A DNA stretch of 64,000 nt, taken from positions 20,226-84,225 of the forward strand of contig CALXIO010000004.1 of NCBI GenBank assembly GCA_944388385.1. Reading direction: 5' to 3'. Shown here one piece after another: positions 34,644 to 43,889 of this stretch. This stretch comes from an uncultured Ruminiclostridium sp. (GTDB lineage Bacteria; Bacillota; Clostridia; Oscillospirales; Ruminococcaceae). The translations under genes were made by a program, and so were the position numbers. Numbering within the stretch: position 1 is the first letter of the stretch; each line of letters opens with the position of its first letter. Under the pieces are notes generated by a model, which was not told the DNA's origin, ran no database searches, and saw only the letters and a list, made by a program, of their open reading frames with translations.

Positions 34644-35201
34644 TTAACAATTAAAAAATTCCTTCAGCTTATCTGTTACAGCCTTTACGGGAAGTCCCAC
34701 AACATTGTCATAATCTCCCTTTATGCTGCTGACAAAAGCACCGCCCTTGCCCTGAATACCGTAAGCCCCTGCCTTATCCATAGGCTCACCGGTGGCTATG
34801 TATTCCCTTATCTGAGAAGGTGTAAGGGTAAGAAAGGTAACATCTGTCCTACTGTTAAAGCTTATCTCCTTATCCCCACTTATGATACACACTCCCGTGT
34901 ATACCGAATGGGTCTTTCCCGATAACATGGAAAGCATATCAAAGGCATCCTCTTTAGTAGCAGGCTTGCCTAATATTTTATTATCAAGGGCTACCACCGT
35001 ATCAGCACCAAGGATTATATCTCCCTTATGCCTTAATGATACCTCTGCGGCCTTTTGCCTTGATAAAAGTAAAACCGCATCTCCCGGAGTTATATTGTCC
35101 GGAAGTATCTCCTCCCCTGTGGCAGGATCTACCGTAAATTCATAACCGGCTTTACTGAGTAACTGCTGTCGTCTTGGGGATTTACTTGCCAGGATCAACA
35201 T
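34644..35201 (-). CDS. maf: Maf-like nucleoside triphosphate pyrophosphatase (septum formation protein Maf)
   Basis: LILASKSPRRQQLL, GADTVV, KAGAYGIQG motifs. I prefer ATG 35201. Confidence 0.9.
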   Translation of the reverse strand: MLILASKSPRRQQLLSKAGYEFTVDPATGEEILPDNITPGDAVLLLSRQKAAEVSLRHKGDIILGADTVVALDNKILGKPATKEDAFDMLSMLSGKTHSVYTGVCIISGDKEISFNSRTDVTFLTLTPSQIREYIATGEPMDKAGAYGIQGKGGAFVSSIKGDYDNVVGLPVKAVTDKLKEFFNC

Positions 35202-35742
35202 CGTACTTATCGCCGAACACATTAGCGTAATTTTCGATACACTCGTTTATAATGTCTACCGCCGCCTTGTGTCCCATAACCTCATTTACTGCGGTTTCCT
35301 TGCCCTCAAGCTGCTTATATACTCTGAAGAAGTGAAGCATTTCATCAAAGATATGAGTAGGAAGTCCCTCAATGCTTCTGTAGGAATTATAGTTGGGATC
35401 CTCAAAGGGAATGGCTATTATCTTCTGGTCCATTTTGCCGTTGTCCATCATGTTTATAACACCGATGGGATAGCACTGTACAAGCACCATGGGAACAAGA
35501 GGCTCATTACATAATACAAGTACATCGAGGGGGTCACCGTCATCCGCAAGGGTCTTGGGGATAAAGCCGTAGTTTGCAGGATAGTGGGTGGAGGTGTAAA
35601 GTATTCTGTCAAGGATAAGCACGCCGCTTTTCTTGTCCAGCTCATACTTTGCCTTACTGCCCTTTGAAATTTCAACTACCGCTACAAAGTCATTGGCGGT
35701 AACTCTGTTTTTATCAATGTCATGCCAGATATTCATAGACAT
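35182..35742 (-). CDS. ppa: Family I inorganic pyrophosphatase
   Basis: YELDK..., HYPANYGFIP.TL..DGDPLDVLV, and the active-site Asp cluster. Confidence 0.93.
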   Translation of the reverse strand: MSMNIWHDIDKNRVTANDFVAVVEISKGSKAKYELDKKSGVLILDRILYTSTHYPANYGFIPKTLADDGDPLDVLVLCNEPLVPMVLVQCYPIGVINMMDNGKMDQKIIAIPFEDPNYNSYRSIEGLPTHIFDEMLHFFRVYKQLEGKETAVNEVMGHKAAVDIINECIENYANVFGDKYDVDPGK

Positions 35743-35806
35743 ATCCTCTCCCTGTTAAAAATTTCCTCTGAAAAAATGCTACATAAATATTATACTACAA
35801 CTTGTT

Positions 35807-37141
35807 TTAAATTTCAATATCCTTAATCATCTTTTTTAAAGTTTTTATTGTAATCACCGTAACTAAAATACCGCTTAAAACCCATATTATAGGCTCTGAT
35901 ATGGCAACACCGAAATAACCAAGCACAGGGATAATAAATATAACGGTAATAATCTTCCATACCATTTCTATAATGCTTGCAATAATGGGAATTGTGCTTT
36001 TGCCGAGTCCCTGAAGGGTACAGCGTAGGGACAAAAGAACAGTAAGGGCATAATAAAAGGGTACGTTTATTTTAAGATAATCAACAGCGGTTTTAATTAT
36101 AGTGCCGTCATCCTCTGATACAATCATGCCTACAAGGAAATTTCCGAAAAAGAATATTATAAGAATTGCAACAGTAGCCCAGCCGCAGCCAACAAGTATG
36201 GCATAGCGGATGCTCTTTTTTATTCTGTCGGGCTTTCCTGCGCCTAAATTCTGGCTTACAAAGGTCACTAAGGTGGCACTTAAAGAGGAAAAGGGAAGAA
36301 TGGTAAAGCCGAATATCTTTCTTGCCGCTGTATGGGCAGGAATAATAGAAGTACCTAAACCGTTTATGCCGTTTTGAAGTACAATAGAGCCTATATCCAC
36401 TATTGAGTACATAAGCGCCATACCAACACCCGATGCTAAAAGCCCTGAATGGCAATAGCCGTTATGATTAAAATGCCTTAGCTTCAGCTTTAAGAAGGGG
36501 CATTTCTTTACAAGATAGATAAAGCATACCACAGCGGATAAAAGCTGAGCAAATACGGTGGCAAGAGCCGCACCGGAAACATTCATATTAAATCCGAATA
36601 TGAACAATATATCTAATCCCACATTTAAAACAGCGGATATAATAAGGATTATAAGAGGAACTACGCTGTTGCCCACTGCTCTTAATATAGATGCCTCCAG
36701 GTTATATATAAGGGTGACAACAAGTCCTGCAACCACTATTTTAAGATATGCGCCGGCATTGTCAAATATTTCAGGGGGAGTGTTAAGCAGTCTTAATAAG
36801 GGGTCTGTAAATACAAGACAGATAACAGTTACCCCTATTGTGGCTATTGCTGAATAGGTTATCATACCGCCTATTATATTACGCATTTTTTCATGATCCC
36901 CTGCCCCGTAATGTCGGGATACGGATATGGCAAAGCCGGTACAAAGTCCGTTTATTATATTAAATAAAAGAGATACCACAGAGGTGGTTGCCCCCACAGC
37001 CGAAAGTGCGTCGTTGCCTAACTTTCCTACTATAATTATATCTATAAGGTTATATGCCTGCTGAAAAATATTACCAAGTAAAATAGGAAGAGAAAACAAA
37101 AGCATGGGCTTTAAAATTCCGCCCTTGGTCAGATCCTTCAT
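35807..37141 (-). CDS. MATE-family efflux transporter
   Basis: 444 aa with 12 predicted TM segments. The N-terminal motif LPILLGNIFQQAYNLIDIIIVGKLG is typical of MATE/NorM. Confidence 0.88.
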   Translation of the reverse strand: MKDLTKGGILKPMLLFSLPILLGNIFQQAYNLIDIIIVGKLGNDALSAVGATTSVVSLLFNIINGLCTGFAISVSRHYGAGDHEKMRNIIGGMITYSAIATIGVTVICLVFTDPLLRLLNTPPEIFDNAGAYLKIVVAGLVVTLIYNLEASILRAVGNSVVPLIILIISAVLNVGLDILFIFGFNMNVSGAALATVFAQLLSAVVCFIYLVKKCPFLKLKLRHFNHNGYCHSGLLASGVGMALMYSIVDIGSIVLQNGINGLGTSIIPAHTAARKIFGFTILPFSSLSATLVTFVSQNLGAGKPDRIKKSIRYAILVGCGWATVAILIIFFFGNFLVGMIVSEDDGTIIKTAVDYLKINVPFYYALTVLLSLRCTLQGLGKSTIPIIASIIEMVWKIITVIFIIPVLGYFGVAISEPIIWVLSGILVTVITIKTLKKMIKDIEI

Positions 37142-37281
37142 TTATATCCTCCTTTCATTTGCATATCTTAGGAAAGTATAACACAAGGTCATTTTTCTTT
37201 CAAGTGGTTAAAGAAAATTTTTATTATGTCTTGTAAAAAATCCTTCTGTATGCTAAAATTATAAAAAAGGAGGAATTTATC

Positions 37282-37446
37282 ATGGAGCCTAAGGATTATA
37301 TTGTAATAAAAATCGAGGGAGAATATGCCACCCTTAAAGATGTAAATACCGGGGATGAGCTTTTTATAGCCATGGCATTACTTCCTATGGATACGGATAT
37401 AGGTGTAAAGCTGCACTACGAAAACTTAGAATATACTGTTTTATAA
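37282..37446 (+). CDS. Hypothetical 54-aa protein (not in the ORF track)
   Basis: AAAAGGAGG RBS 7 nt before the ATG, its own TTGTAA-17-TAAAAT promoter, and a terminator immediately downstream. Sequence: MEPKDYIVIKIEGEYATLKDVNTGDELFIAMALLPMDTDIGVKLHYENLEYTVL. Confidence 0.55.
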   Translation: MEPKDYIVIKIEGEYATLKDVNTGDELFIAMALLPMDTDIGVKLHYENLEYTVL

Positions 37447-37486
37447 ATAAAAAACTCCTGTACAAGGTACAGGAGTTATTATTTTA
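37447..37486. terminator. Bidirectional terminator
   Basis: ACTCCTGTAC - AAG - GTACAGGAGT, flanked by A and T runs, between convergent genes. Confidence 0.8.
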
Positions 37487-37494
37487 AGTAAAAA

Positions 37495-37827
37495 TCAGTC
37501 TATCGGTACTATGTAGTATATTCTTTCCTCGGGGAGTGCATAGTCAAGATCCTCTCTTGCTATGTTCTCAATATACTCTACCTTGTAATCGTCCTCTGAA
37601 TAACGGATAAGAAGCTGGTTCTGAGCCTTTATCTGCTCTGTCTGTTCAGTTATCTGCTGAAGCTGGGCGTTTTTATTGTTAATTTCAATCTGAAGTGTAA
37701 TAAAGCTGTACCCAACATAACAGAGAGTCACAATCAATATTAAAATAAAGGGGATCAATAATACATTTCTTTTACCTGATTTTGACTTTAATTTTGCTTC
37801 TGAAACCATCTTCTTCACCCCTTTCAT
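37495..37827 (-). CDS. divIC: Septum formation initiator, DivIC/FtsB family
   Basis: Single TM followed by a coiled coil (LQIEINNKNAQLQQITEQTEQIKAQNQLL). Its position after yabQ matches B. subtilis. Confidence 0.8.
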   Translation of the reverse strand: MKGVKKMVSEAKLKSKSGKRNVLLIPFILILIVTLCYVGYSFITLQIEINNKNAQLQQITEQTEQIKAQNQLLIRYSEDDYKVEYIENIAREDLDYALPEERIYYIVPID

Positions 37828-38296
37828 TTCTATGTATTGTATTATAACCTATTACAGGGGCATTTTGCAAGTTATTTTGTGGCTTTTTTGTATAATTTTC
37901 TAATTTTTTGTACAGGGCTACAAAGGGGATTTTAACTTTTTGTGCAATAAACACAAACAAATTTTTAAAGGGCTTTAAAATAAGAAATATTATATGCTTT
38001 ACCACCTTTGTAATATATTTCATAATTACCCCTGTAAGCCGTCCCACGGTAAGCATATAGGCTATTGCCCCAAGGGCGGTAAAGGGCAGATATGCTATTG
38101 AAAACAGTCCTCCGGTAATCTTAAGGCTTACGGCAAATAATATAACACCCCATAGCCCAAGGTAAATAAAATCCTCTGTATTCAAAGCGATTTTATTATG
38201 GGGGATAAGATACCTTACAGCCCTTAAGGGCTCATATAATATCCCCAGCATTATTCCTGATATTATAAAAACGCTCAGTATCTGAAATTCGGTCAT
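37772..38296 (-). CDS. yabQ: Spore cortex biosynthesis protein YabQ-like membrane protein
   Basis: Small multi-TM protein. Assigned mainly from the conserved yabP-yabQ-divIC order. Confidence 0.6.
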   Translation of the reverse strand: MTEFQILSVFIISGIMLGILYEPLRAVRYLIPHNKIALNTEDFIYLGLWGVILFAVSLKITGGLFSIAYLPFTALGAIAYMLTVGRLTGVIMKYITKVVKHIIFLILKPFKNLFVFIAQKVKIPFVALYKKLENYTKKPQNNLQNAPVIGYNTIHRNERGEEDGFRSKIKVKIR

Positions 38297-38304
38297 TTTT
38301 TCTC

Positions 38305-38565
38305 CTATCTGAATATTTTGTTTATAATGTTGTCCTGATATATTTCCTCATTGTCTTCAAAATAAAGAGATCGAATTGTTCCCTCTATCTCCACAGTATC
38401 GCTGTCATTTGCAAAGGCAGAGATTATGTTAAGGCTTTTTCCCCGTATTCTTAAATCTCCGGTTTTGGTAAAAAGTACAATAAGCTCATCTGAGTAGCTT
38501 ATTATCTCCTCTACCCTGTCTACTGTAAGACTTTTTCTGTTAAGTAAGGTCAGCTGTTGCTCCAT
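38305..38565 (-). CDS. yabP: Sporulation protein YabP
   Basis: LTLLNRKSLTVDRVEEIISYSDELIVLFTKTGDLRIRGKSLNI fits the YabP pattern. I prefer ATG 38565. Confidence 0.7.
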   Translation of the reverse strand: MEQQLTLLNRKSLTVDRVEEIISYSDELIVLFTKTGDLRIRGKSLNIISAFANDSDTVEIEGTIRSLYFEDNEEIYQDNIINKIFR

Positions 38566-38628
38566 TTTATCACCCCAATAAAAAATGTCCTGTGCTATAT
38601 TATTCACAGCACAGGACAAATATTCATA

Positions 38629-38868
38629 TTAAATTACTTCATACAGGTCGGAAGCACCGTCCTTGCCCACAACCTCTACCACCTTTAAAACCTTTACTTT
38701 AAGGGGTGTTCTGCCCATGTTTATTTCTATTTCGTCCCCCACCTTAACATCATAGGAGGCACGAGCAATTTTACCGTTTACCGTTATCTTTTCCGCATCA
38801 CAGGCCTCATTGGCCACCGTTCTGCGCTTTATAAGACGGGATACCTTCAGATATTTATCGAGTCGCAT
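38629..38868 (-). CDS. yabO: S4-domain RNA-binding protein (YabO/Hsp15-like)
   Basis: MRLDKYLKVSRLIKRRTVANEACDAEKITVNGK is a classic S4 motif. The ATG follows AAGGGAGGA. The longer track ORF (to 39180) overlaps hup and is rejected. Confidence 0.85.
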   Translation of the reverse strand: MRLDKYLKVSRLIKRRTVANEACDAEKITVNGKIARASYDVKVGDEIEINMGRTPLKVKVLKVVEVVGKDGASDLYEVI

Positions 38869-38929
38869 ATATCCTCCCTTTGTTAAAATAAAAAAGGGCA
38901 GATTGCTCTGCCCTGTTAATCGGCTTAAA

Positions 38930-39208
38930 TTACTTGCCTGCAACTGCGTTCTTAAGAGCGCTGCCTGCCTTGAATGCGGGAACCTTAGTTGCCTTGATCT
39001 TGATAGCCTTCTTTGTCTGGGGGTTGATACCCTTACGAGCTGCACGCTCACGAACTTCAAAAGTACCAAAGCCAACGAGCTGGATCTTGTCACCCTTTTC
39101 AAGAGTTTCTGTGATTGTGTCGATAACTGCAGAAAGTGCCTTTTCAGCATCCTTCTTAGAAATTTCTGCCTTTTCAGCAACCTTTGCTACTAATTCTGCC
39201 TTTGTCAT
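38930..39208 (-). CDS. hup: DNA-binding protein HU
   Basis: [36 protein letters not shown]...[18 protein letters not shown] is canonical HU. A terminator hairpin GGGCAGAGCAATCTGCCC + T-run lies downstream. Confidence 0.95.
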   Translation of the reverse strand: MTKAELVAKVAEKAEISKKDAEKALSAVIDTITETLEKGDKIQLVGFGTFEVRERAARKGINPQTKKAIKIKATKVPAFKAGSALKNAVAGK

Positions 39209-39271
39209 TTTTAAAATCCTCCAAGATGAATTTAATTATTATTTATGCTTATAGCATACATTGGACTTAAT

Positions 39272-40054
39272 TTACAGCTTCTTCCAAAGCTCATGCAGTT
39301 CACTCTCACCCAAATCCTCGAGTCCTCTGCCCTCATTGGCAAGTTTCTGTTCGATAGCCCTAAACCGCATTATAACCTTATTTGTCGAAAATGTCAAGGC
39401 TTTTTCACTATCTTTTTTAATAAATCGTGATAAATTGCAAATTTCATACAATAACAAGCCCAAATTTTCCTCAATATCAGTATCTTTTTCCATATTTACA
39501 GCACTTTCAAGCTCATTTAGTTTATTTCTTATGCTGTCAAAAAGCTCCCCGGTGTCGGCATTTGATACCCCTGCATTGGAAAGACGCTTGCTTACCTTCT
39601 GGGCTCTCATAAGTGCAGGAAGCACCTTAGGAACGCTGTCGAGGGTATCAGCAAGGGTTTCCTGACCCTTAGATTTTTTCTTCAGCTGATCCCAATTTTT
39701 AAGTACCTCATCTGAATTTTCTACAGATACAGTACCGAAAACATGGGGGTGGCGGTAAATCATTTTCTTTGCCACATCATCACAAATATCGTCAAACTGA
39801 AATCTGCCTCTTTCCTTTTCTATCTGACAATGGAAAACCGCCTGGAATAATAAATCTCCCAGCTCCTCCTTCAGCATAGCCGCCTCATCGGTGTCTATTG
39901 CCTCCATTACCTCATAGGCTTCTTCAAGCACGTTCATGCGTATGGACTTGTGATCCTGTTCCCTGTCCCATACACAGCCGTTTTCACTTCTTAGTATTTC
40001 GGTGACCTTTAAAAGATCATCAATATTATACTTATCCTTGAATTCAAAATCCAA
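39272..40054 (-). CDS. mazG: MazG nucleoside triphosphate pyrophosphohydrolase (YabN-like)
   Basis: Tandem MazG motifs (EEAYEVMEAID, ELGDLLFQ, HPHVFG). Confidence 0.88.
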   Translation of the reverse strand: MDFEFKDKYNIDDLLKVTEILRSENGCVWDREQDHKSIRMNVLEEAYEVMEAIDTDEAAMLKEELGDLLFQAVFHCQIEKERGRFQFDDICDDVAKKMIYRHPHVFGTVSVENSDEVLKNWDQLKKKSKGQETLADTLDSVPKVLPALMRAQKVSKRLSNAGVSNADTGELFDSIRNKLNELESAVNMEKDTDIEENLGLLLYEICNLSRFIKKDSEKALTFSTNKVIMRFRAIEQKLANEGRGLEDLGESELHELWKKL

Positions 40055-40099
40055 TATTACACATCCTTTTTATTTATTCACTTATATAATACTCCAAAT

Positions 40100-41821
40100 T
40101 CAGGGATTTTTCAAGTAAACAGGGGATTTTTTAAGGGATTTTCTTTTAAAAAGCCTTTTTACGGGTAAACCGCCGGTTAAAGTAACTGAAATAATATACA
40201 CTATCCCTCCTGCTAAAACTGAAATTGCCAGCCTTATTACCGAATTATCAAAAAGGGCTGTGTTGCTGTATACAATATAGGCGGTAATACCGCATAGTAT
40301 ACCGCTTATAAGGGGGGACGCCATTGATTTCAGGATATTAAACTCAGATCTTGTAACATTTTCTATGGCAAGGTATCCTAAAAGGGCGGCTGCCCCCTGG
40401 GAAACTACGGTGGATAGTGCGGCACCGGTTATATTTATTTCCGGTAGGGTGATTAAAAATACATTAAGAATGAGCTTTATTGCCGCTGAAATAAGGGTGA
40501 GCTTTATAGGAATATCCCCTCTGTCTATTACCTGAAGCACCCCGAAGAAGGTTCCGGCAAGGGTGTAGAAAATTCCCCCTATGCAAAGTATAAACAAGGG
40601 CAAAACCGATACCCCCGCTTCCCCGGGTCTTGAGGAATAGAGTAAGTACAGCACCGGCTCACAAAGGGCCGCAAGCCCCATGTACAAGGGAAAGCCTAAA
40701 AGGAAATTTGATTTTAAAACCACCGACAGCCTTTTATTAAAGCTTTTCTTATCCCCTCTTGCATAGCTTCCGGCGATTTCCGGCAGGGCGCTTCTGCCAA
40801 AGCCGGCGGTAAACGAGGGAATAAGCATAAACACGGTGGTTGCAACTCCGGTGTAGCTTCCGTATAAAAAGCCGGATAATCTTAATGAGCCCCCCTGCTC
40901 CTTTATAATATTTCCCATGGTGTCGGTAAAATATGCCGCATTATCATATATGGCAAAGCCTATACAACGGGGTACGGTAATAAGGTCAATAAAGGAATAG
41001 AGATTTACAGCCACCATTCCTAAGGCAATAGGTATACTGTCGCTTATTAGCTTTTTGGCTATTGCCTTAAAGCTGTAATCCTTTGGCTTAAAAAGTCTTA
41101 TTGGGGGTCTGGTTTTATCTGTGCGAAATTTTATCGTAAGGCAGATAAGGGAAACAAATTCGGATATTGTTACCGCTAAAACCGCCCCTGCGGCGGCATA
41201 GGGCAAAATATATTCCATAGCCTTTGTATCCGAAAGGGCAATTTTTCCGAATATCGGCAGACCCTTATTATAGCAATCCATTCCGTAGCTTATAGCAATA
41301 TATGACGCAGAAAGTCCGAATACAGCACGGCTTACCGCTTCAAGGATATTTGAAAAGGCGCTGGGTCCCATATTGCATACCCCTTCATAATACCCCTTAA
41401 ATATGGCTGAAATACAGCAGATTAAAACCGAGGGAGATATAAGGGCTATACATATAAAGCTTTCGGGAGAGCCTGCCACAAAATGGGCAAAGGGCTTACA
41501 TACCGCAAGCATAAGCACAGTACCTGTAAGACCTATTCCCCCGAAAAGAATTATGGCGGTTTTAATTACCCTTCCTAAGTGGATATTATCGGAATACCTG
41601 CAGGAGCTTGCCACGGCCTTTACAATAACTGTAGGTACAGCGGCGGCTGTTACTGCGAATACCGGAGAATAAAGGCTGTAGGCGGTGGAATAATAGCCCA
41701 TACCCACTCCGCCGATTATATTTGTAAGGGGGATTTTAAATAATGCCCCTACTATTTTTGTAATAAGCATTGAAATAAACAATAATGCGGTATTTTTTAC
41801 AAAGTCGTTTTTATAAGTCAC
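40100..41821 (-). CDS. MOP/MurJ-superfamily flippase, SpoVB/YabM-like
   Basis: 573 aa, about 14 TM segments, GTG start. Its position upstream of mazG matches B. subtilis yabM. Confidence 0.75.
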   Translation of the reverse strand: MTYKNDFVKNTALLFISMLITKIVGALFKIPLTNIIGGVGMGYYSTAYSLYSPVFAVTAAAVPTVIVKAVASSCRYSDNIHLGRVIKTAIILFGGIGLTGTVLMLAVCKPFAHFVAGSPESFICIALISPSVLICCISAIFKGYYEGVCNMGPSAFSNILEAVSRAVFGLSASYIAISYGMDCYNKGLPIFGKIALSDTKAMEYILPYAAAGAVLAVTISEFVSLICLTIKFRTDKTRPPIRLFKPKDYSFKAIAKKLISDSIPIALGMVAVNLYSFIDLITVPRCIGFAIYDNAAYFTDTMGNIIKEQGGSLRLSGFLYGSYTGVATTVFMLIPSFTAGFGRSALPEIAGSYARGDKKSFNKRLSVVLKSNFLLGFPLYMGLAALCEPVLYLLYSSRPGEAGVSVLPLFILCIGGIFYTLAGTFFGVLQVIDRGDIPIKLTLISAAIKLILNVFLITLPEINITGAALSTVVSQGAAALLGYLAIENVTRSEFNILKSMASPLISGILCGITAYIVYSNTALFDNSVIRLAISVLAGGIVYIISVTLTGGLPVKRLFKRKSLKKSPVYLKNP

Positions 41822-41952
41822 AATATCACCGTCCTGTTTTTGTATTTATATTCAGGGCTGTCCCGGTTTATGAGGGGGTTTTATGATTTCTTGACTTTTT
41901 TATGAAAATATAGTATTATTTAAGTAGTTATTATTTATCCCGGAGGTAGATT

Positions 41953-43029
41953 ATGGCTTCAGAATTTAAAGCGGGAAATCTCTCCTTTTCCATATTCGGA
42001 GAGTCCCACGGTAAGGCTATAGGCGTTGTTATACAGGGTATACCGGGAGGTATCACCCTTGATTTTGATAAAATACTGGAATATACCGCAAGAAGAGCCC
42101 CTAAGGCTGACGGTACAAGTACCGCAAGAAGTGAAACGGATTTTCCTCATATAGTGTCGGGTGTAGTGGATAATGTTACTACAGGTACACCTATATGCTG
42201 TGTTATCTGCAATAAGGATCAGCGTTCAAATGACTACAAAAGCGTAAGTCATCTTGCAAGGCCGGGACACGCAGATTATACAGGCTATATCCGTTATAAC
42301 GGGGCAAATGATTTAAGAGGCGGAGGACATTTTTCCGGTAGAATTACCGCCCCGCTTGTTTTTGCCGGTGCGGTGGCAGATCAGATTTTACTGCAAAAGG
42401 GCATTGTGACCGGTGCTCATATTAAGGCAATAGGCGAAGTAAAAGATCAGTCCTTTGATCCTGTAAATGTGGATAAGGAGCAGCTTTTAAGAGTAAGAAG
42501 CAGATACCTTCCCCTTATTGATACGGCAAACGATCAGCTTATGAGAAATGTTATAACCGGTGCATTTAATAACCTTGACTCTGTGGGAGGAATTATTGAG
42601 TGCTGTACACTGGGTATGCCTGTGGGTGTAGGCTCACCTATGTTTGACGGACTTGAAAACCGCATATCCCAGCTTGTATTCGGTGTTCCTGCGGTAAAGG
42701 GTATTGAATTCGGGGTTGGCTTTGAGGCGGCCGCACTTTTCGGAAGTGAAAATAATGATGAATTCTATATTGATCATAAGGAGATAAAAACAAGAACAAA
42801 TAATCACGGCGGTATATTAGGCGGTATTTCCAGCGGAATGCCTATTATATTAAGGGTAGCTATAAAGCCCACCCCCTCAATTTCAAGGCCCCAGAATACT
42901 GTTGACTATACCACCATGACTGAAGAAGTATTACAGATAAAAGGCAGACATGACCCCTGCATAGTACCAAGAGCAGTACCCTGCATTGAATCTGCTGTAA
43001 ATCTTGCGTTGTTGTCATTTCTTATATGA
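41953..43029 (+). CDS. aroC: Chorismate synthase
   Basis: FGESHG, RPGHADY, GGGHFSGR and GRHDPC motifs. Confidence 0.95.
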   Translation: MASEFKAGNLSFSIFGESHGKAIGVVIQGIPGGITLDFDKILEYTARRAPKADGTSTARSETDFPHIVSGVVDNVTTGTPICCVICNKDQRSNDYKSVSHLARPGHADYTGYIRYNGANDLRGGGHFSGRITAPLVFAGAVADQILLQKGIVTGAHIKAIGEVKDQSFDPVNVDKEQLLRVRSRYLPLIDTANDQLMRNVITGAFNNLDSVGGIIECCTLGMPVGVGSPMFDGLENRISQLVFGVPAVKGIEFGVGFEAAALFGSENNDEFYIDHKEIKTRTNNHGGILGGISSGMPIILRVAIKPTPSISRPQNTVDYTTMTEEVLQIKGRHDPCIVPRAVPCIESAVNLALLSFLI

Positions 43030-43044
43030 CGGAAAGGTTAAATT

Positions 43045-43638
43045 ATGAGTGTACCTGTACCTAAGCTAACCCTTTATGAAGAAAAGGATATTGAGGTTCT
43101 TATCTGCTATATTCTCCGTAAGGTAGGCCAGATGACAAAAGAAGAGCTTATGTGCTGTACGGTGGATTATGACTTTGTGCTGTACTTTGATTTTTGTCTT
43201 TGCTTTGACGACTTAAAGGAAAGGGGCATAGTCGAAACCGAAAAGCTCCCTGACGGAGATTATATGGTAAAGCCCACAGCAAAAAGCAATTATCTTGCCT
43301 TGGAGCTTGCAAACTCTATTCCCCTTACCATAAGGGAGGACGCTGTATATTATGCAAAGAAGCTGACTGCCGCAGTAAAAATGGAGAAGGCTATTAAGTT
43401 TGAGATAATTCCCCTTCCTAAAGGTTATCATTTCCATGTGAGATTTATAAATGAGCTTGGGGGAGATGATTTTATGGAATTAAAGCTGTTTGCCCCCACA
43501 CTAAATGCCGCAGAGGAAATGGAAAGAAAGTTTATAAATAACCCCATAGGAACCTACCGTTCTGTTATAAATACATTTATAGACGGTTATCTTACCGCAT
43601 CCCAGCAGGAAATACAAAAGGCCATGGAAGAGGCTTAA
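43045..43638 (+). CDS. DUF4364-like protein (putative wHTH N-terminus)
   Basis: Size and N-terminal pattern (DIEVLICYILRKVGQMTKEELMCCTV...YFDFCLCFDDLKERGIVE) recall DUF4364. Not verified. Confidence 0.45.
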   Translation: MSVPVPKLTLYEEKDIEVLICYILRKVGQMTKEELMCCTVDYDFVLYFDFCLCFDDLKERGIVETEKLPDGDYMVKPTAKSNYLALELANSIPLTIREDAVYYAKKLTAAVKMEKAIKFEIIPLPKGYHFHVRFINELGGDDFMELKLFAPTLNAAEEMERKFINNPIGTYRSVINTFIDGYLTASQQEIQKAMEEA

Positions 43639-43672
43639 AAAAATCCCGTACCATACGGTACGGGATTTTTTA
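43637..43672. terminator. Bidirectional terminator
   Basis: ATCCCGTACC - ATAC - GGTACGGGAT, flanked by A7 and T6. Confidence 0.85.
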
Positions 43673-43879
43673 TTTACTTAACAGCTTTTGTAAAAGAGCG
43701 TTGTTTTTTTCTCTTTGGGTTTTAGTGGCATCGTTATCGGGGATATATATTCCATCCTTTAATATTACCGCCATGCCCTCTTTAACATCCTCTCTTACAA
43801 ATTCCTTTTTTACATTGAAGGTACGGTCATTTTCTGTCATTACAGCATACTCGCCCTCAAATCTGTCACAAAATATCAT
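43670..43879 (-). CDS. DUF3006-like small protein
   Basis: MIFCDRFEGEYAVM...KEGMAV... pattern. ATG 43879 follows AAAGGAGGAAG. It lies downstream of a ComEC-type MBL gene, a pairing I recall as typical for DUF3006. Confidence 0.6.
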   Translation of the reverse strand: MIFCDRFEGEYAVMTENDRTFNVKKEFVREDVKEGMAVILKDGIYIPDNDATKTQREKNNALLQKLLSK

Positions 43880-43889
43880 ACTTCCTCCT

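Noticed and set aside
38629-39180. A 183-aa ORF in the track covering the S4-domain gene and running through the hup gene region.
   Set aside because: The upstream 104 codons overlap hup in another frame and have an Arg/Ser/Leu-rich nonsense composition. A good RBS plus ATG at 38868 gives a canonical 79-aa S4 protein.
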